Assembly (NCBI GenBank): GCA_963815195.1
Contig: CAWFGE010000016.1
Span: 64,001-128,000, forward strand
Source of the DNA: an uncultured Planctomycetaceae bacterium
Lineage (GTDB): Bacteria; Planctomycetota; Planctomycetia; Planctomycetales; Planctomycetaceae
Length of the DNA stretch: 64,000 nucleotides
Direction of reading: 5' to 3'
Positions 1 to 10,587 of the stretch are shown here, in pieces. The translations under genes and the position numbers were made by a program. The notes below the pieces were generated by a model. The model did not search any database, was not told where the DNA came from, and saw only the letters and a list, made by a program, of their open reading frames with translations. Position 1 is the stretch's first letter; every line of letters starts with the position of its first letter.

Positions 1-2
1 TT

Positions 3-744
3 TTCAATAACGAGTGGATGACCATCAAGGGCCGGACGATCGGGCCCGAGATCGGCATCGGGCATTACGTCGGGCAGGCCACCGGCGCCGGTGCTGCTTC
101 TCAAAAGCTGTATCGGCAACCGCAGTCTCGGGTGGGATCTGCTGCCGCCGGGAAGCTCGCCCTTCGAGTTCGAGGACAAAGGCAAAACCTGGCATTACGC
201 GGGTTACAAGGAATCGCCCTTGCGCTGGGAGACAGGGACCGAGCCGAAGCGGATCAACTGGTACGCCGGCATGCAGTACGACGGCGACATCGCCCGCGCA
301 AAGCAGGTGCTTTCCGAACTCGACACGTACTACCCCGGTGCAAAGGAGTACGAAATCGCGGGCTTTTTCTTCTGGCAAGGCGACAAGGACCGCTACGACG
401 CCGGACACGCCAGCCGCTACGAGCAGAACCTCGTGCATCTGATCAAGCAGCTGCGTAAGGACTTCGATGCCCCGAACGCCAAGTTCGTCTGCGCCACGCT
501 CGGTCAGACGGAGAAGGGCGCCACAGGCAACGAAGGGAAAATCCTCGAAGCCCAACTCAATGTGGACGGAAAAACCGGCAAGTACCCCGAATTCAAAGGC
601 AACGTCGCCACCGTTTACACCCACCCGCTTTCCGAGGGCGGCGCGTCCAACAGCCACTACGGCGGCAACGCAGAGACCTACATGAACATCGGCGAAGCCA
701 TGGGCCGCGCCATGGTGGAATTATTGAAATCGAAAAGCGAGTGA
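3..744 (+). CDS. Sialate O-acetylesterase (SASA/SGNH-like) domain protein, 5'-partial, one apparent frameshift near 89
   Basis: Frame 3 FNNEWMTIKGRTIGPEIGIGH continues in ORF 91..744 (LLLKSCIGNRSLGWDLLPPGS...GFFFWQGDKD...HYGGNAETY), typical of SASA-family esterases. Confidence 0.7.
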
Positions 745-883
745 CAATCGATTCCCCTTGTCCGATGGCGATTGAAGCGGAGTCCGCATGCTGCTGTCGT
801 CACGGCGCCAGGCACACCGCGCATCTCTGCGACTGGGACAGTCGATTCCCGTGCAATTGCTCGTGCGTTCGGCGTTATTTCCC

Positions 884-1897
884 TCAGGGCGAGAGCACAT
901 CTTCGGTCTCGAAATCAATGTCTTCTTTCCCGTGGATGGAGAGCAGCGCCCTCCAGAACTCGGAGTCCGTGCCGAACGTCATAAACCGGACCGATCCATC
1001 GCCGAACAAGACGTTCCCACCCTGAGTATGGGGACCCCCGGCCCCTGAGGCGCATTGCACTCTGGAATCGGTTTCGTCGCCTTGAAGCGAGCCTTCCCGG
1101 CCCGAAAACAGAGAGTCATGGCCGTAGATCGTTGATCCGAACCGGATCGGATAGCCGCTGACCCAGCCTGTGGATTCGTTGCACGGTTCGGAGGTATATA
1201 GCCCGCGCTTTTCCGCGACAAAGACCGTGTTGGAAAGTCCATCCTTGATCTGCTCCAAATTGCGGCATTTGTGGAGAGCTTTGAAACCACCGGGGCCATC
1301 GGCCGACAAGGTTTGGACGAACACTCCGTCTTGCCCGCCCGCCGACCCGCCCCAACTCACGGCCGCCCCTCCGCCCGCGGCGTCGCAGTTACTGCAGGCA
1401 TTGCCTGCATAGTGGATCGCGCCCGCTGCGCCAAAGTTCGTCGAGGTGCTATTTTGGGACGGGCACAGATAAATCGATACGTGGCTTTTTCGCACCAAAG
1501 CATCATCGGGGTTCATCCAGCGATTTTCTTGCTCGAGATAGGGCAGGATTTGATAGGCCCAACCCCAAGCCTGGCGTTCTTTTTTTGCGGGAATCTTGTT
1601 GATAGATCGCGATTGGGGTTGTGGTGCACCGCTTCCCCCACGAACGCTTGGTGCCCCGCCTCCCGGCAGACAGCCCAAGGTCGTGGCGTGAGCCGTCAGC
1701 GCAATCCCGATCTGCTTCAGATTGTTCTGACACTGGGCTCTGCGAGCCGCCTGGCGGGCGGACTGAATCGCCGGGAGCAGCAAAGAGGCCAACACGCCGA
1801 GGATGCTGATCACCGTCAACAGTTCCGCCAGCGTCATGCCGCGTCTTGTCCGCTTGGGGTATTTTCTTGACCGTCTGGCTCGGCGCAAGGTCTTCAT
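884..1897 (-). CDS. DUF1559 family prepilin-type N-terminal cleavage/methylation protein
   Basis: RRGMTLAELLTVISILGVLASLLLPAIQSARQAARRAQCQNNLKQIG; IKDGLSNT; C-terminal H-X9-DG (HTQGGNVLFGDG). Confidence 0.92.
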   Translation of the reverse strand: MKTLRRARRSRKYPKRTRRGMTLAELLTVISILGVLASLLLPAIQSARQAARRAQCQNNLKQIGIALTAHATTLGCLPGGGAPSVRGGSGAPQPQSRSINKIPAKKERQAWGWAYQILPYLEQENRWMNPDDALVRKSHVSIYLCPSQNSTSTNFGAAGAIHYAGNACSNCDAAGGGAAVSWGGSAGGQDGVFVQTLSADGPGGFKALHKCRNLEQIKDGLSNTVFVAEKRGLYTSEPCNESTGWVSGYPIRFGSTIYGHDSLFSGREGSLQGDETDSRVQCASGAGGPHTQGGNVLFGDGSVRFMTFGTDSEFWRALLSIHGKEDIDFETEDVLSP

Positions 1898-2127
1898 AAT
1901 TCACCTCGATTCCACGTTGTGAAGTCAGCGTCTACTGTTTCATACATGATGTCGTGAGTCCAAATAGGCTGAATGTCGATCCTGGGAAGCAGCCTGGGAG
2001 CCAAATCGTTGAGGGCGGGAGTGCCTGGCAACCGGGGCGGCGCGGCCCATCGCCGCCGCCGGTTCCAGCACACGGAGTGTTTTATGAGGGATCCGGTATA
2101 CTCGCCGTTGCTCTGAAGGGCGGATCT

Positions 2128-3196
2128 TTATCTTTCTTTAATGCTGATATTGATCTGTTCCCCGCCGATGGGGGTCGACCCCAGCAGTTGCGGTCGTTCC
2201 GTGTCCAGATTGAGGCTCTGGCGGTCTCCGATGCCGCACATGGCCTTCCAGACATTGTGGTCGACATCGCAAGTCATCAGCCGGGAGCCGCCATCCACTG
2301 TGGTGACGACGGTCATGTCGCCGTGGTTGGCCCCGGCTCGCGTTGCGCACTCCAAGAGCTCGATGTCCGCTCGAAGCGGGCCACCTTCCAGTCCAGAGAA
2401 CAAAGAGGAATTGAAGGTCAAGTTCCCACTGGAATCGGACGAAGGCCGGCCGTGGAAATAGGCAAAGTCGTTGCAGGGCGTCTGGCGCGCTCCGCGACGA
2501 GCAGGGTATTGGACTCTCCATCGGGGATCCTGGCCCAACCGCGGCCACTGTCGATCTTCTGGAGTTGGCCGTTGACCACTTCATAGTTCAACTTGACCGC
2601 TCCCGCATCTCGCGTCCCGCGAAACATGGGGGCGATCAATCCGGTGAGGGCGGGGCGGTCCACGTTTCCAGCGTTCCACGCATAACCCGACTGGCCGTTA
2701 CGCCGCTCAGTGCTGGGGCATAGAAAGACTTTAATCAAGGCATTCTTGTGGGCATCCAGCGATTTCTCCTGCCACAAGTTTTCCTGGTCAAGGTGGGGAA
2801 GCAGTTTGAAGAACACGCTGGCATGCTGATCGCCGCACTTGCCGGGCTGTTTGGCGGTGGAGAATTCCCAGGGAACTCCGTAGGGATCGGTCCGGAACTC
2901 GCCCACTTTCTGCCCGTTCACCTGGTAGGGGCGCCCGCTCCGAGGAATTGCTGGTTGCAGGTTTCCTTGGCGGTTTGAAACGCCAGCGCCAGTTGCCTTT
3001 GGTTGCTGAGGCAGGCCGACCGCCGAGCGGATTCTCTTGCACTTTGCACGGCCGGCAGCAGAATGCCGGCGATGATGGTGATCACGGCGATCACCACCAG
3101 CAGTTCAATCAACGTAAAGCCTCGGCGGACCTTCGGGAGCGTCATTGCGCGGTCTCGCCGGGTCGCGCCACTTTGATGCAGCTGTTGTCGTGTCAT
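2128..3196 (-). CDS. DUF1559 family prepilin-type protein, split by two frameshifts (about 2930 and 2480)
   Basis: ORFs 2918..3196 ([16 protein letters not shown]), 2418..2921 ([19 protein letters not shown]) and 2128..2538 ([12 protein letters not shown]) join into one colinear protein. Confidence 0.85.
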
Positions 3197-3377
3197 GGAT
3201 TTCTCCTTCGCAGCAAAAGCGGCCCGCGGTCAAAATGGAAAAGCCAATCGCCAGGCGCGCGGACCGGAAACCTGGAACACGGCATCGAGTAGACCGGTGA
3301 GAAGTTGCCTGACGGCGAAAACTCACCGGCGAATTGTCACTGTTGATTACTGGCAGCGATTCGCTCGCGGGTCGGCG

Positions 3378-4544
3378 TCATTTCCCAAGGAACACTGGCG
3401 GATCCGCGTTTGGATCGATGGTTTCCCGGTCGGCGACCCCGCACAGGGCCTTCCAAACGACGGGATCCACATTCAACGAAATATCGCGTGTGCTATTGTC
3501 GACAAATGTCACAATTGCGATGCGGGCGTGGTTCGAACCGGCTCGCGTGGTCGCCGTCGCTCCCAAGTCGGTTTGTGCATCCTGCCCGATAGGAGGCCCC
3601 TCCACCGTGGAGAAGAGCGTGCTGACGTTTTTCAGGTTGCCCGAGGCATCTGTTGAGGGCCAACCGTGATAGAAGGCTTGGCTGTTGTCCGGCAGCTCAG
3701 CCCGCTCCGCCAGGGCGACAGTCGTGCTTTCCCCGTCACGAATACTTGCGATCGACAGGCCCGCCTGCGCCTCGGGAAACGTGAAAACCTTCTGGCCGTC
3801 AACCTCGTCGACAAAGTAGTTCAGCTGGGCAGCGCCGTCATATCGCCGGTCGCGAGTGCGATAATAATCATCCTGACGGAAACGCAGTTCTCCGGAATCT
3901 CGAAAGTCGCGAAACCCCGCGTTCCATGCATAGCTGGAACGGCCGGGACCGAACGTCTCAGAGTTGGGGCAGTGGAAGGTTTTGATTTCGCTCTGCGCGA
4001 GAATTTGCCGGCCCAGTTCCAAAGAGTGTGTGTCGCGGACCTGGGTGTAAAGGGTTTGCTCGTCAACATAAGGCAGGATGCGATAGTAGATCCCCAACCT
4101 TCCAAAATCGTTAGGGCGACCGTTGCCAGGAATGACGCCCTCAACCGTCTCGGGGGCCCCCGTGCCGGGAAAATCGCCATATCGGTCGGCATATCCCAGG
4201 AACCCCAAAACCACTTGGCGCTGGTTGTTTCTACACTGAGCGCGTCTCCCGGCTTCTCTGGCGGCGTTGATGGCGGGAAGGAGCAAGCCCACCAATACGC
4301 CGATGATCGCAATCGTGACGAGGAGCTCGATCAGCGTGAATCCCGAAGGATGCTTCCGATTCGGCGGCTTTCCGATGAAACAATCGCGGCGGCGTCCATT
4401 TTGGACCGGAGAGCGAGTCACGGGATTCTCCCTTCGCAAGAAAACCGGTCCGCGATACAATGCCAATGCCGTGCGTCCGGGCGCGGACCTTGAGCCCGGA
4501 AGCGGCCTCGCGGCCGGTGAGGGGAGTTTGGCGACATCACTCAC
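3378..4544 (-). CDS. DUF1559 family prepilin-type protein (true start uncertain)
   Basis: [55 protein letters not shown]; variant H-X9-DN motif. Confidence 0.9.
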   Translation of the reverse strand: MSDVAKLPSPAARPLPGSRSAPGRTALALYRGPVFLRRENPVTRSPVQNGRRRDCFIGKPPNRKHPSGFTLIELLVTIAIIGVLVGLLLPAINAAREAGRRAQCRNNQRQVVLGFLGYADRYGDFPGTGAPETVEGVIPGNGRPNDFGRLGIYYRILPYVDEQTLYTQVRDTHSLELGRQILAQSEIKTFHCPNSETFGPGRSSYAWNAGFRDFRDSGELRFRQDDYYRTRDRRYDGAAQLNYFVDEVDGQKVFTFPEAQAGLSIASIRDGESTTVALAERAELPDNSQAFYHGWPSTDASGNLKNVSTLFSTVEGPPIGQDAQTDLGATATTRAGSNHARIAIVTFVDNSTRDISLNVDPVVWKALCGVADRETIDPNADPPVFLGK

Positions 4545-4690
4545 CGGCCGGTTTTCTGACTTTAAGGTTTGTTCCGTGACGAGTAGGCCTGGCGTGACTC
4601 TGAATTAAAGAACCTTCCCGACGGTGGGTTCCCGCGCCTAGTGGACCCAGAGGGTGCCCCGTTGGCGCTAACGGCTGATCCGCCGAGCGT

Positions 4691-5890
4691 CTAAGGCAGG
4701 ATCATCACCGCTGGCACCTCGTCGCCGTTTGCGTCCAAAACGCCACCCGCGATCCAGCCATCGTTATTGATGTTTCTGGCGGAAAACTTCGCCCAATTGG
4801 GAGTCAGATCCTTGAGATTGGTTGCCGATCCGCCGGGAATCACTAACACGTCCGTTTGCGATTGAAACAAGTCGGTCCGATGAGACCACGTCAGCACGGC
4901 GTTCACATCGTTGATCGCGACGGCATTTGTGTTGAGCCATGTGTAGGGAATGCCCTTGTTTCGCCCGCCCGGGAGTGTCGGCAGGTTGAGCAGGGTTCCG
5001 GAGAGGTTCATTGCGTAGGCACCGCGGCCGCCAGCCGCATCGTTGGGGTCGCCAGCCGTATCTGACCGCCCCACAACCGTTCCGAGATTGTTGACAGCGT
5101 CTGCAATGGAATTGACACTGAAGAGTTGCGTTCGCGAGCCGGGAACCTCCACGATCTGGCTGCCATCCCAGTCGAGTTCCAGCCGGCACGCCCGGTTCTC
5201 GCCCTCGCTGGTATGGATAGTGTAGGCGACATATCCCTCTCCCGGCGACAGGACGGCGGATTGCAGATCACCCAGGTCGAAAATTTGCGAGTCGAGCACG
5301 GCCGGTTCCCCATCGATAACGCCAATTTGCCACGCGATCAGGCTTGATTCCATTGCGTCGGGGGAGGAACTCCTGAGCTTTCCGACGATCAGACCGTCAT
5401 CATTGATTCCCGTGGCATAGGCATTCGTATTGTCCGGCAAGGGCAACTCCAAGGGTGCCGCGGTCGCGGAAGGCCAGAAGAGGGGGCGGGTGGAAATCAG
5501 GTCGGGAGGCTGATATTCGCCTCCCACAATCATGCCGAAACGATTGACGGCTTCGGGAACCGTTTCCCCGCCGCTCGCGAGCGGGGCGAGCATGTCGGCG
5601 AGAACTGCTCCGCTCTCATGGACCAGCCACGACACGGGCAGCGGGTAACTGCCACTCCCGTCGTAGATCAGCCCAATCACTTGCACCGTTCCATTCGCCG
5701 TCTCGGTCATGTCACGAACATAGCCGGGCGCGGAGGAAAGCGGGATCACCGTGGCCGCCGGTTCCTCTCCCGCCCCTCCGCCATGTCCACCACCGCCGGG
5801 TTTCCCTTTGGCGAGAACCACGCCCCAGCAGAGCAGGCAGGCCGAGATTGAGAGAGCGAAGATTTTTCGGCGCGTCGTTGAGAGTCGCAT
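4691..5890 (-). CDS. Secreted protein with HAF-like extracellular repeats
   Basis: Signal peptide ending VLA, then KGKPGGG linker; repeated A-x-x-(I/V)N-(D/N)-x-G-x-(I/V)VG units (AVNRFGMIVG, GINDDGLIVG, AVNNLGTVVG, NINNDGWIAG). Confidence 0.7.
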   Translation of the reverse strand: MRLSTTRRKIFALSISACLLCWGVVLAKGKPGGGGHGGGAGEEPAATVIPLSSAPGYVRDMTETANGTVQVIGLIYDGSGSYPLPVSWLVHESGAVLADMLAPLASGGETVPEAVNRFGMIVGGEYQPPDLISTRPLFWPSATAAPLELPLPDNTNAYATGINDDGLIVGKLRSSSPDAMESSLIAWQIGVIDGEPAVLDSQIFDLGDLQSAVLSPGEGYVAYTIHTSEGENRACRLELDWDGSQIVEVPGSRTQLFSVNSIADAVNNLGTVVGRSDTAGDPNDAAGGRGAYAMNLSGTLLNLPTLPGGRNKGIPYTWLNTNAVAINDVNAVLTWSHRTDLFQSQTDVLVIPGGSATNLKDLTPNWAKFSARNINNDGWIAGGVLDANGDEVPAVMILP

Positions 5891-6041
5891 CGGTCTATCC
5901 TTCTGTTCGGCGCGGTCCGCGTTATAATGAAAAATGCCGTCCGCTCGGGGCGCGGACCGTGTCCCGGCGGTTGGCTTCCTGCGCTCGGTGAGAGGTTAGT
6001 TGGCGCTGACGCTCACCGGGCGTTTTTGTTAGCAGATCAAT

Positions 6042-8831
6042 TCAGTCTTCTGCTTTGCGCAACTGCTCGTCGCGAAGCAATTCCCTCGTTTCCTGCTGCC
6101 AAGCTTTGTACGCTTTCGTTTCTTTCCAACGCTGATAGGGCTTTCCAGGTCCCACCAAATCAATATTGGCTCCCAAGTCACGACCATTCGGCCCTGCCTG
6201 ATAACCAGCGCTATCGGCACGCAGGCGAAAATCCTGGGGGACAAGTTGCAATGGTTGTTCACCCAAACGGGATTGGATGTCGCCGCCGATCAAACCGAAC
6301 GGTGCCCGATGCCAGATTGGATTTCTCGAGTCCCGAGGCCGCCTTCCAAACCGCAAGGTCTGGATACACTTCTAAGGTTTCCTGAGGCGCGTCCCGCAAT
6401 ATCGCCGCAAACGACCTGTATCTGCAGAAGACACTCTCCCGTTCCTGCCACTCGAATTGTCGCTCGAACCATTTTTGGAAATTCGGGGGATCCCAGTCCA
6501 ATTTGAGCGGACGAGGGTCGGTAAAGCTCAAGAAACCCTCACTCGTGTCATACACATTTCCCGACGCCTGGACACGAAATTGACGGCGGCCCTTTGAGGA
6601 GGTGGGTTCGCCATTCCGGGGCCAGAGACGCCAGCAAACCGCTGGAGTACAAAAAGTATTGTTGGTCAATTTGAGAACGGCTTGCTGTCCATCAAACACC
6701 CCCAAATCGATGGTCGTGAGCACACAATTATTCAGGGAGATTTCGAATGGCTGATTGCCCCAGTGCCCAATTCCTACAGCCGGTGGCACGGCAATGCAGG
6801 AATTCACGACGGAGAGGTCGTTCCAGTGAACTTAATGCGGCATAGGGTTTATTCATCAGGAACTGACAGTTCGCAATTCGTAAAGGAGCCCAGGATTTAA
6901 TGCAGGCTCCAACGTTCTCTGAGTTGATTTCGTCCGCTTTCAGCACACATTGAAACCGCAGACCTTCCAGAACGAGTGGCTTCCAATGCCTCACCAGCGA
7001 TTCCGTTTTCCCATTGACCTGGTCCAGGGAGGCGACAAGGGTCGGCGAATACCCCTCTTTGGCACGAATCGTGAGCGGTTGCGTGATCGAAAGATCTTCG
7101 ATTTCGAAACGGGCCATCCCCGCGAATCTCAATGATGTCTCCACTGGTGGCCCCCTTGATGGCGTCCTGCAGGCGATCGAACTTCTGAATTTCAACCCCC
7201 CGGCTGTTGATAACGACAAACGCCTCCTTTCCCGATTTCCCTGAAGTTGCCGTTGCCCCCAACACCTTGTCTTCGACTTCGTGAGTGACTCGCACCACCT
7301 CGCGATTCCCGCGGGTAATCGTCACAATTCGCTGCTTCAAGGGTTTTCCATCTTTGGTGGCTTCGAATTGATACGGCCCCGGGCGAAGTTTCAATTCTTG
7401 AATCCCGGCACCAGAAATCGAGAGTTCTTCACCATCCAGCGAAACTTGAACCGTCGGGTCATCGACTTCGATGACGAGTGTGCCTTCACCGGTCACAATC
7501 TTAATCACCGTGCTGGAGAGTTGCGTGACGCCGGTGGCTTCGGTAACGCCGAACAATAAGCCAATCGCCAGCAGCGTTATCGCCGGAACGAGCCAAACCG
7601 GGCGGCGGGATGAGGGCTGGGAAGGGGGTGTCGCCGGTTGTGGCTTCTTGTGAGGAACCACGATTCCGGTCATCGAATTCGGACCGGCTTCGTTTAACCG
7701 AGCGAGACATTTCGCCAGCAATTCCGAAACCTCCTGGGCCGACTGATAGCGATCCTCGGGTTTCTTTTGCAGCAAAGAATCAATCACATGGACCAGCCAA
7801 ACCGGGATGTCCGGGTTGATCTCCCGAATCGGGCGGGGTGTGTCGTCGCAGACCCGACGCAGGGCTGCCACGGCCGAATCCGCCCGAAAGGGGCTCCGAC
7901 CGGTACACATCGCATAGAGCACGCTCCCCAGACTGAACAGGTCCGAGCGAGGATCGACGGCATGCCCTTGGGCTTGCTCGGGAGACATGTATTGCGGCGT
8001 GCCCGTGACCTCGCCGGTCCGAGTGATGCCCACGTCATCCACTGCTCTCGCGAGACCAAAATCTGTAATCTTCACCCGCTGCACCCCATTCTGCAGCAGA
8101 ATGTTCGACGGCTTCACATCCCGGTGAATCAGGCCCTGCAGATGGGCGGCGGAGAGGCCGGCGGCGACTTGATGACCGATGCGGAGGATTTCTTTCAATT
8201 CCAGCGGACCATCTCGGTCGATTTTTTCTTGGAGCGACAGGCCATCGACGTACTCCATGACCAGATAAGGAAGATTGTTTTTTCCTTGAGTACCGCACTC
8301 CTCAACAGCATGGATGGTTACGACATGATCATGGCTCACGGCGCCAGCGGCCTGCGCTTCTTTGGAGAATCTCGTACGGGCGGTCGCATTCGAGGCCAAT
8401 TCCGGTGCCAAAATCTTGACCGCGACAATGCGATTCAGCTTGGTATCATGCCCCTTGAGGACAATCCCCATCCCGCCGCGACCGACCGATTCCAAAATCT
8501 CATACTGGCCGAGGCGCCCCTGAGAGCCTTCTTTTTCTGACGTGTCCAGTAAACCAAGCGGAATCTCGGGCTTTTCCAAAAACGTCTTGCAATCCTCGGC
8601 ATTCGGATCAGTGTTGGTGCCGGCGAAAACCTGCGTTGGTACGTCCCCCAACGCAGGATGTTCCAAAAAACTGCCCGCCTGCTCGTAAGCAAGCAGGAGA
8701 CCTTCGACCTCGGTCCTCAAATCCAGATCAGGACCACATTCCGCGTCGAGCAATCGGACCCGCTCTTCTGGACTTTCTAATTCGATGAGGCGGTCGAAAA
8801 GGGCTTTGGCAGAATCTTCGCAGGGATTCAT
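6042..8831 (-). CDS. Membrane Ser/Thr protein kinase with extracytoplasmic C-terminal domains; about 3 frameshifts in the C-terminal third
   Basis: GRGGMGIV, HRDVKPSN, DFGLAR, GTPQYMSPEQ, TM helix, GTLVIEVDDP segment; continues through ORFs 6728..7219, 6259..6807 and 6042..6356 (DFRLRADSAGYQAGPNGRDLGA). Confidence 0.88.
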
Positions 8832-8923
8832 GATCGGTTCCTTTAGTTCGAAAAGCTTCCTCCTATCTGTGCGACGTTTTGTGGCAATTCGTGCATCGAA
8901 AAATGAGAGAAATTCCCAAATTT

Positions 8924-9475
8924 CTAAGAATTCAGTTCCCGATACAGCCAAGCCTTTGCGTAAGCCCAGTGATTGTTTACAGTTCGGACGGACACCTCCA
9001 ACGTGTCCGCGACTTGTTCGATGGTGAGTCCGACAAAGAATCGCAGCTTGACCACCTCAAAAACGTCAGGTTGCTTGTCGGCAAGCCGATTAAGGGCATC
9101 ATCGAGGGCCAAGAAATCGACCGGCTGGTTTTTGTCGTACATATCCAAATTGTCGACCGAAATCCGCCGATGGTCGCCGCCATGCTTTTGTCGCCCTTTT
9201 TTTCGGGCTTGTTCGATGAGAATTCGCCGCATCGCCTCTGCGGCGGCGGCGAAGAAATGCCGTCGGGAGTTCCAACTTTTTGACTCACCGTCAACCAGCC
9301 GGACGTACGCTTCGTGCACCAAGCCCGTTGCTTGAAGAGTGTGTCCCGGCTTCTCAAGTTCGAGACGGTTGGCAGCGAGTTTGCGCAATTCATCATAAAC
9401 CAGCGGCAGAAGGTGCTCTGCCGCACTGGGGTCGCCTTGTTCGATTTCGGAAAGAATTCGCGTGACTTCGCTCAT
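8924..9475 (-). CDS. ECF-type RNA polymerase sigma factor (TIGR02999-like)
   Basis: MSEVTRIL...LLPLVYDELRKLAA...HTLQATGLVHEAY...RRHFFAAAAEAMRRILIE; lies directly upstream of the kinase. Confidence 0.93.
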   Translation of the reverse strand: MSEVTRILSEIEQGDPSAAEHLLPLVYDELRKLAANRLELEKPGHTLQATGLVHEAYVRLVDGESKSWNSRRHFFAAAAEAMRRILIEQARKKGRQKHGGDHRRISVDNLDMYDKNQPVDFLALDDALNRLADKQPDVFEVVKLRFFVGLTIEQVADTLEVSVRTVNNHWAYAKAWLYRELNS

Positions 9476-9551
9476 TCTGACTAGGATACCGCTCGAAGGA
9501 CTGGGAATCCATATGTTCGCATTTTGGTGCATCGGTCTGCTCGACGCCTGC

Positions 9552-9922
9552 TCCCAGCCTCCTGTTAGAGTTCCCCAAGCTCTTTTTTGAGCGGACGTTC
9601 GCCTCCATCAACTCGGCGATCACCTCGTTCTTGTCGGCGATCTTGGCTTCGAGCTGTTCGATGCGGCGGTCCTTGACCTTGGCGGTCCGCGCACGTCCGT
9701 CCTGATGAGATTTCTCGAATGCGCGTTCCGCTTGGGCCAGAACCAGATTCACCCACGTGTGAATCTGGCTCGGTTGCACGCCGAGCTCCTCAGCCAGTTT
9801 GGAACAGGTTCCTTCCCCGACAGTCGCCGCCTGACAACCTCGGCTTTCTGCTCGGGCGTAAAATGACGTCGTTTGCTGTGGCTCATGGGTCGGTGCTCTC
9901 ATAAAGATAGACTAACCCAACC
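9552..9922 (-). mobile_element. Truncated IS3-family remnant (degenerate orfA), related to the IS at 41699-43324
   Basis: Reverse complement closely matches 41735-42105 (ggttgggttagtctat...SKLAEELGVQPSQIH...ggggaactcta); no terminal TGT end and no orfB. Confidence 0.85.
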
Positions 9923-9954
9923 CCTCCCCGTACAGAACCCTCTTCATAACCGCT

Positions 9955-10127
9955 CCAAAGAGAGCGCGGAGAGAGTCCAAAGAGATTCTTCTGTAAGAAT
10001 TACATGGTTGGCACTTACGGCGATCGGCGAATTCTCTTTGTCCACAGAGAGCGCCGTCTTCCATCCAAAGAGAACCGCCGAAATGTTGCGGAAAAGACCC
10101 GAGCGGTTAGCAGCCAAAGAGAGCGCG
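9955..10127 (+). repeat. Cluster of CCAAAGAGA direct repeats
   Basis: Perfect copies at 9955, 9977, 10065 and 10114; variant CCACAGAGA at 10042; inverted TCTCTTTG at 10033. Confidence 0.7.
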
Positions 10128-10310
10128 AGAGCGCCGCTGACCCCGAAATCAACGCCCGCCGATGGCAAACTGCGCTGACTTTTCGGCGGCCGTGAATCGT
10201 TTTTCCAGCCATCCCCGAAATCGCCACGCGGTTCGGTTTCGGCTGGAGTTTGAGCGGGGTAAAAAAACCTCGTCATCCCTGAAAATACAGCATCCTCAGA
10301 CATATCACCG

Positions 10311-10540
10311 ATGGCACGCATTTTCCACCCACTGCTCGTCATGCCGGCCGGCTGCACGGAAAAAGCGTTGGCCCGCCAAGTCCAATACCTGAAAGAAGAC
10401 AACAAGATTCTCCGAGCCAAGCTGCCCCGCCGAGTCACGGTCACGCCGGCGGAACGACGGAGCCTACTGAAGTTCGGGAAGCCAGTCGGAAAGGCGACCA
10501 AGGAACTGATCACGATCGTCACGCCGCGGACGTTCCTTTC
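10311..10540 (+). pseudogene. N-terminal fragment of a planctomycete rve/integrase-core transposase
   Basis: MARIFHPLL...LARQVQYLKEDNKILRAKLP...ERRSLLKFGKPVG...LITIVTPRTF, cut off before the catalytic domain. Confidence 0.65.
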
Positions 10541-10587
10541 GAGTGAACAATTGGTTCCCCTTAATGCTTGCAAATAACCGAATTGGG

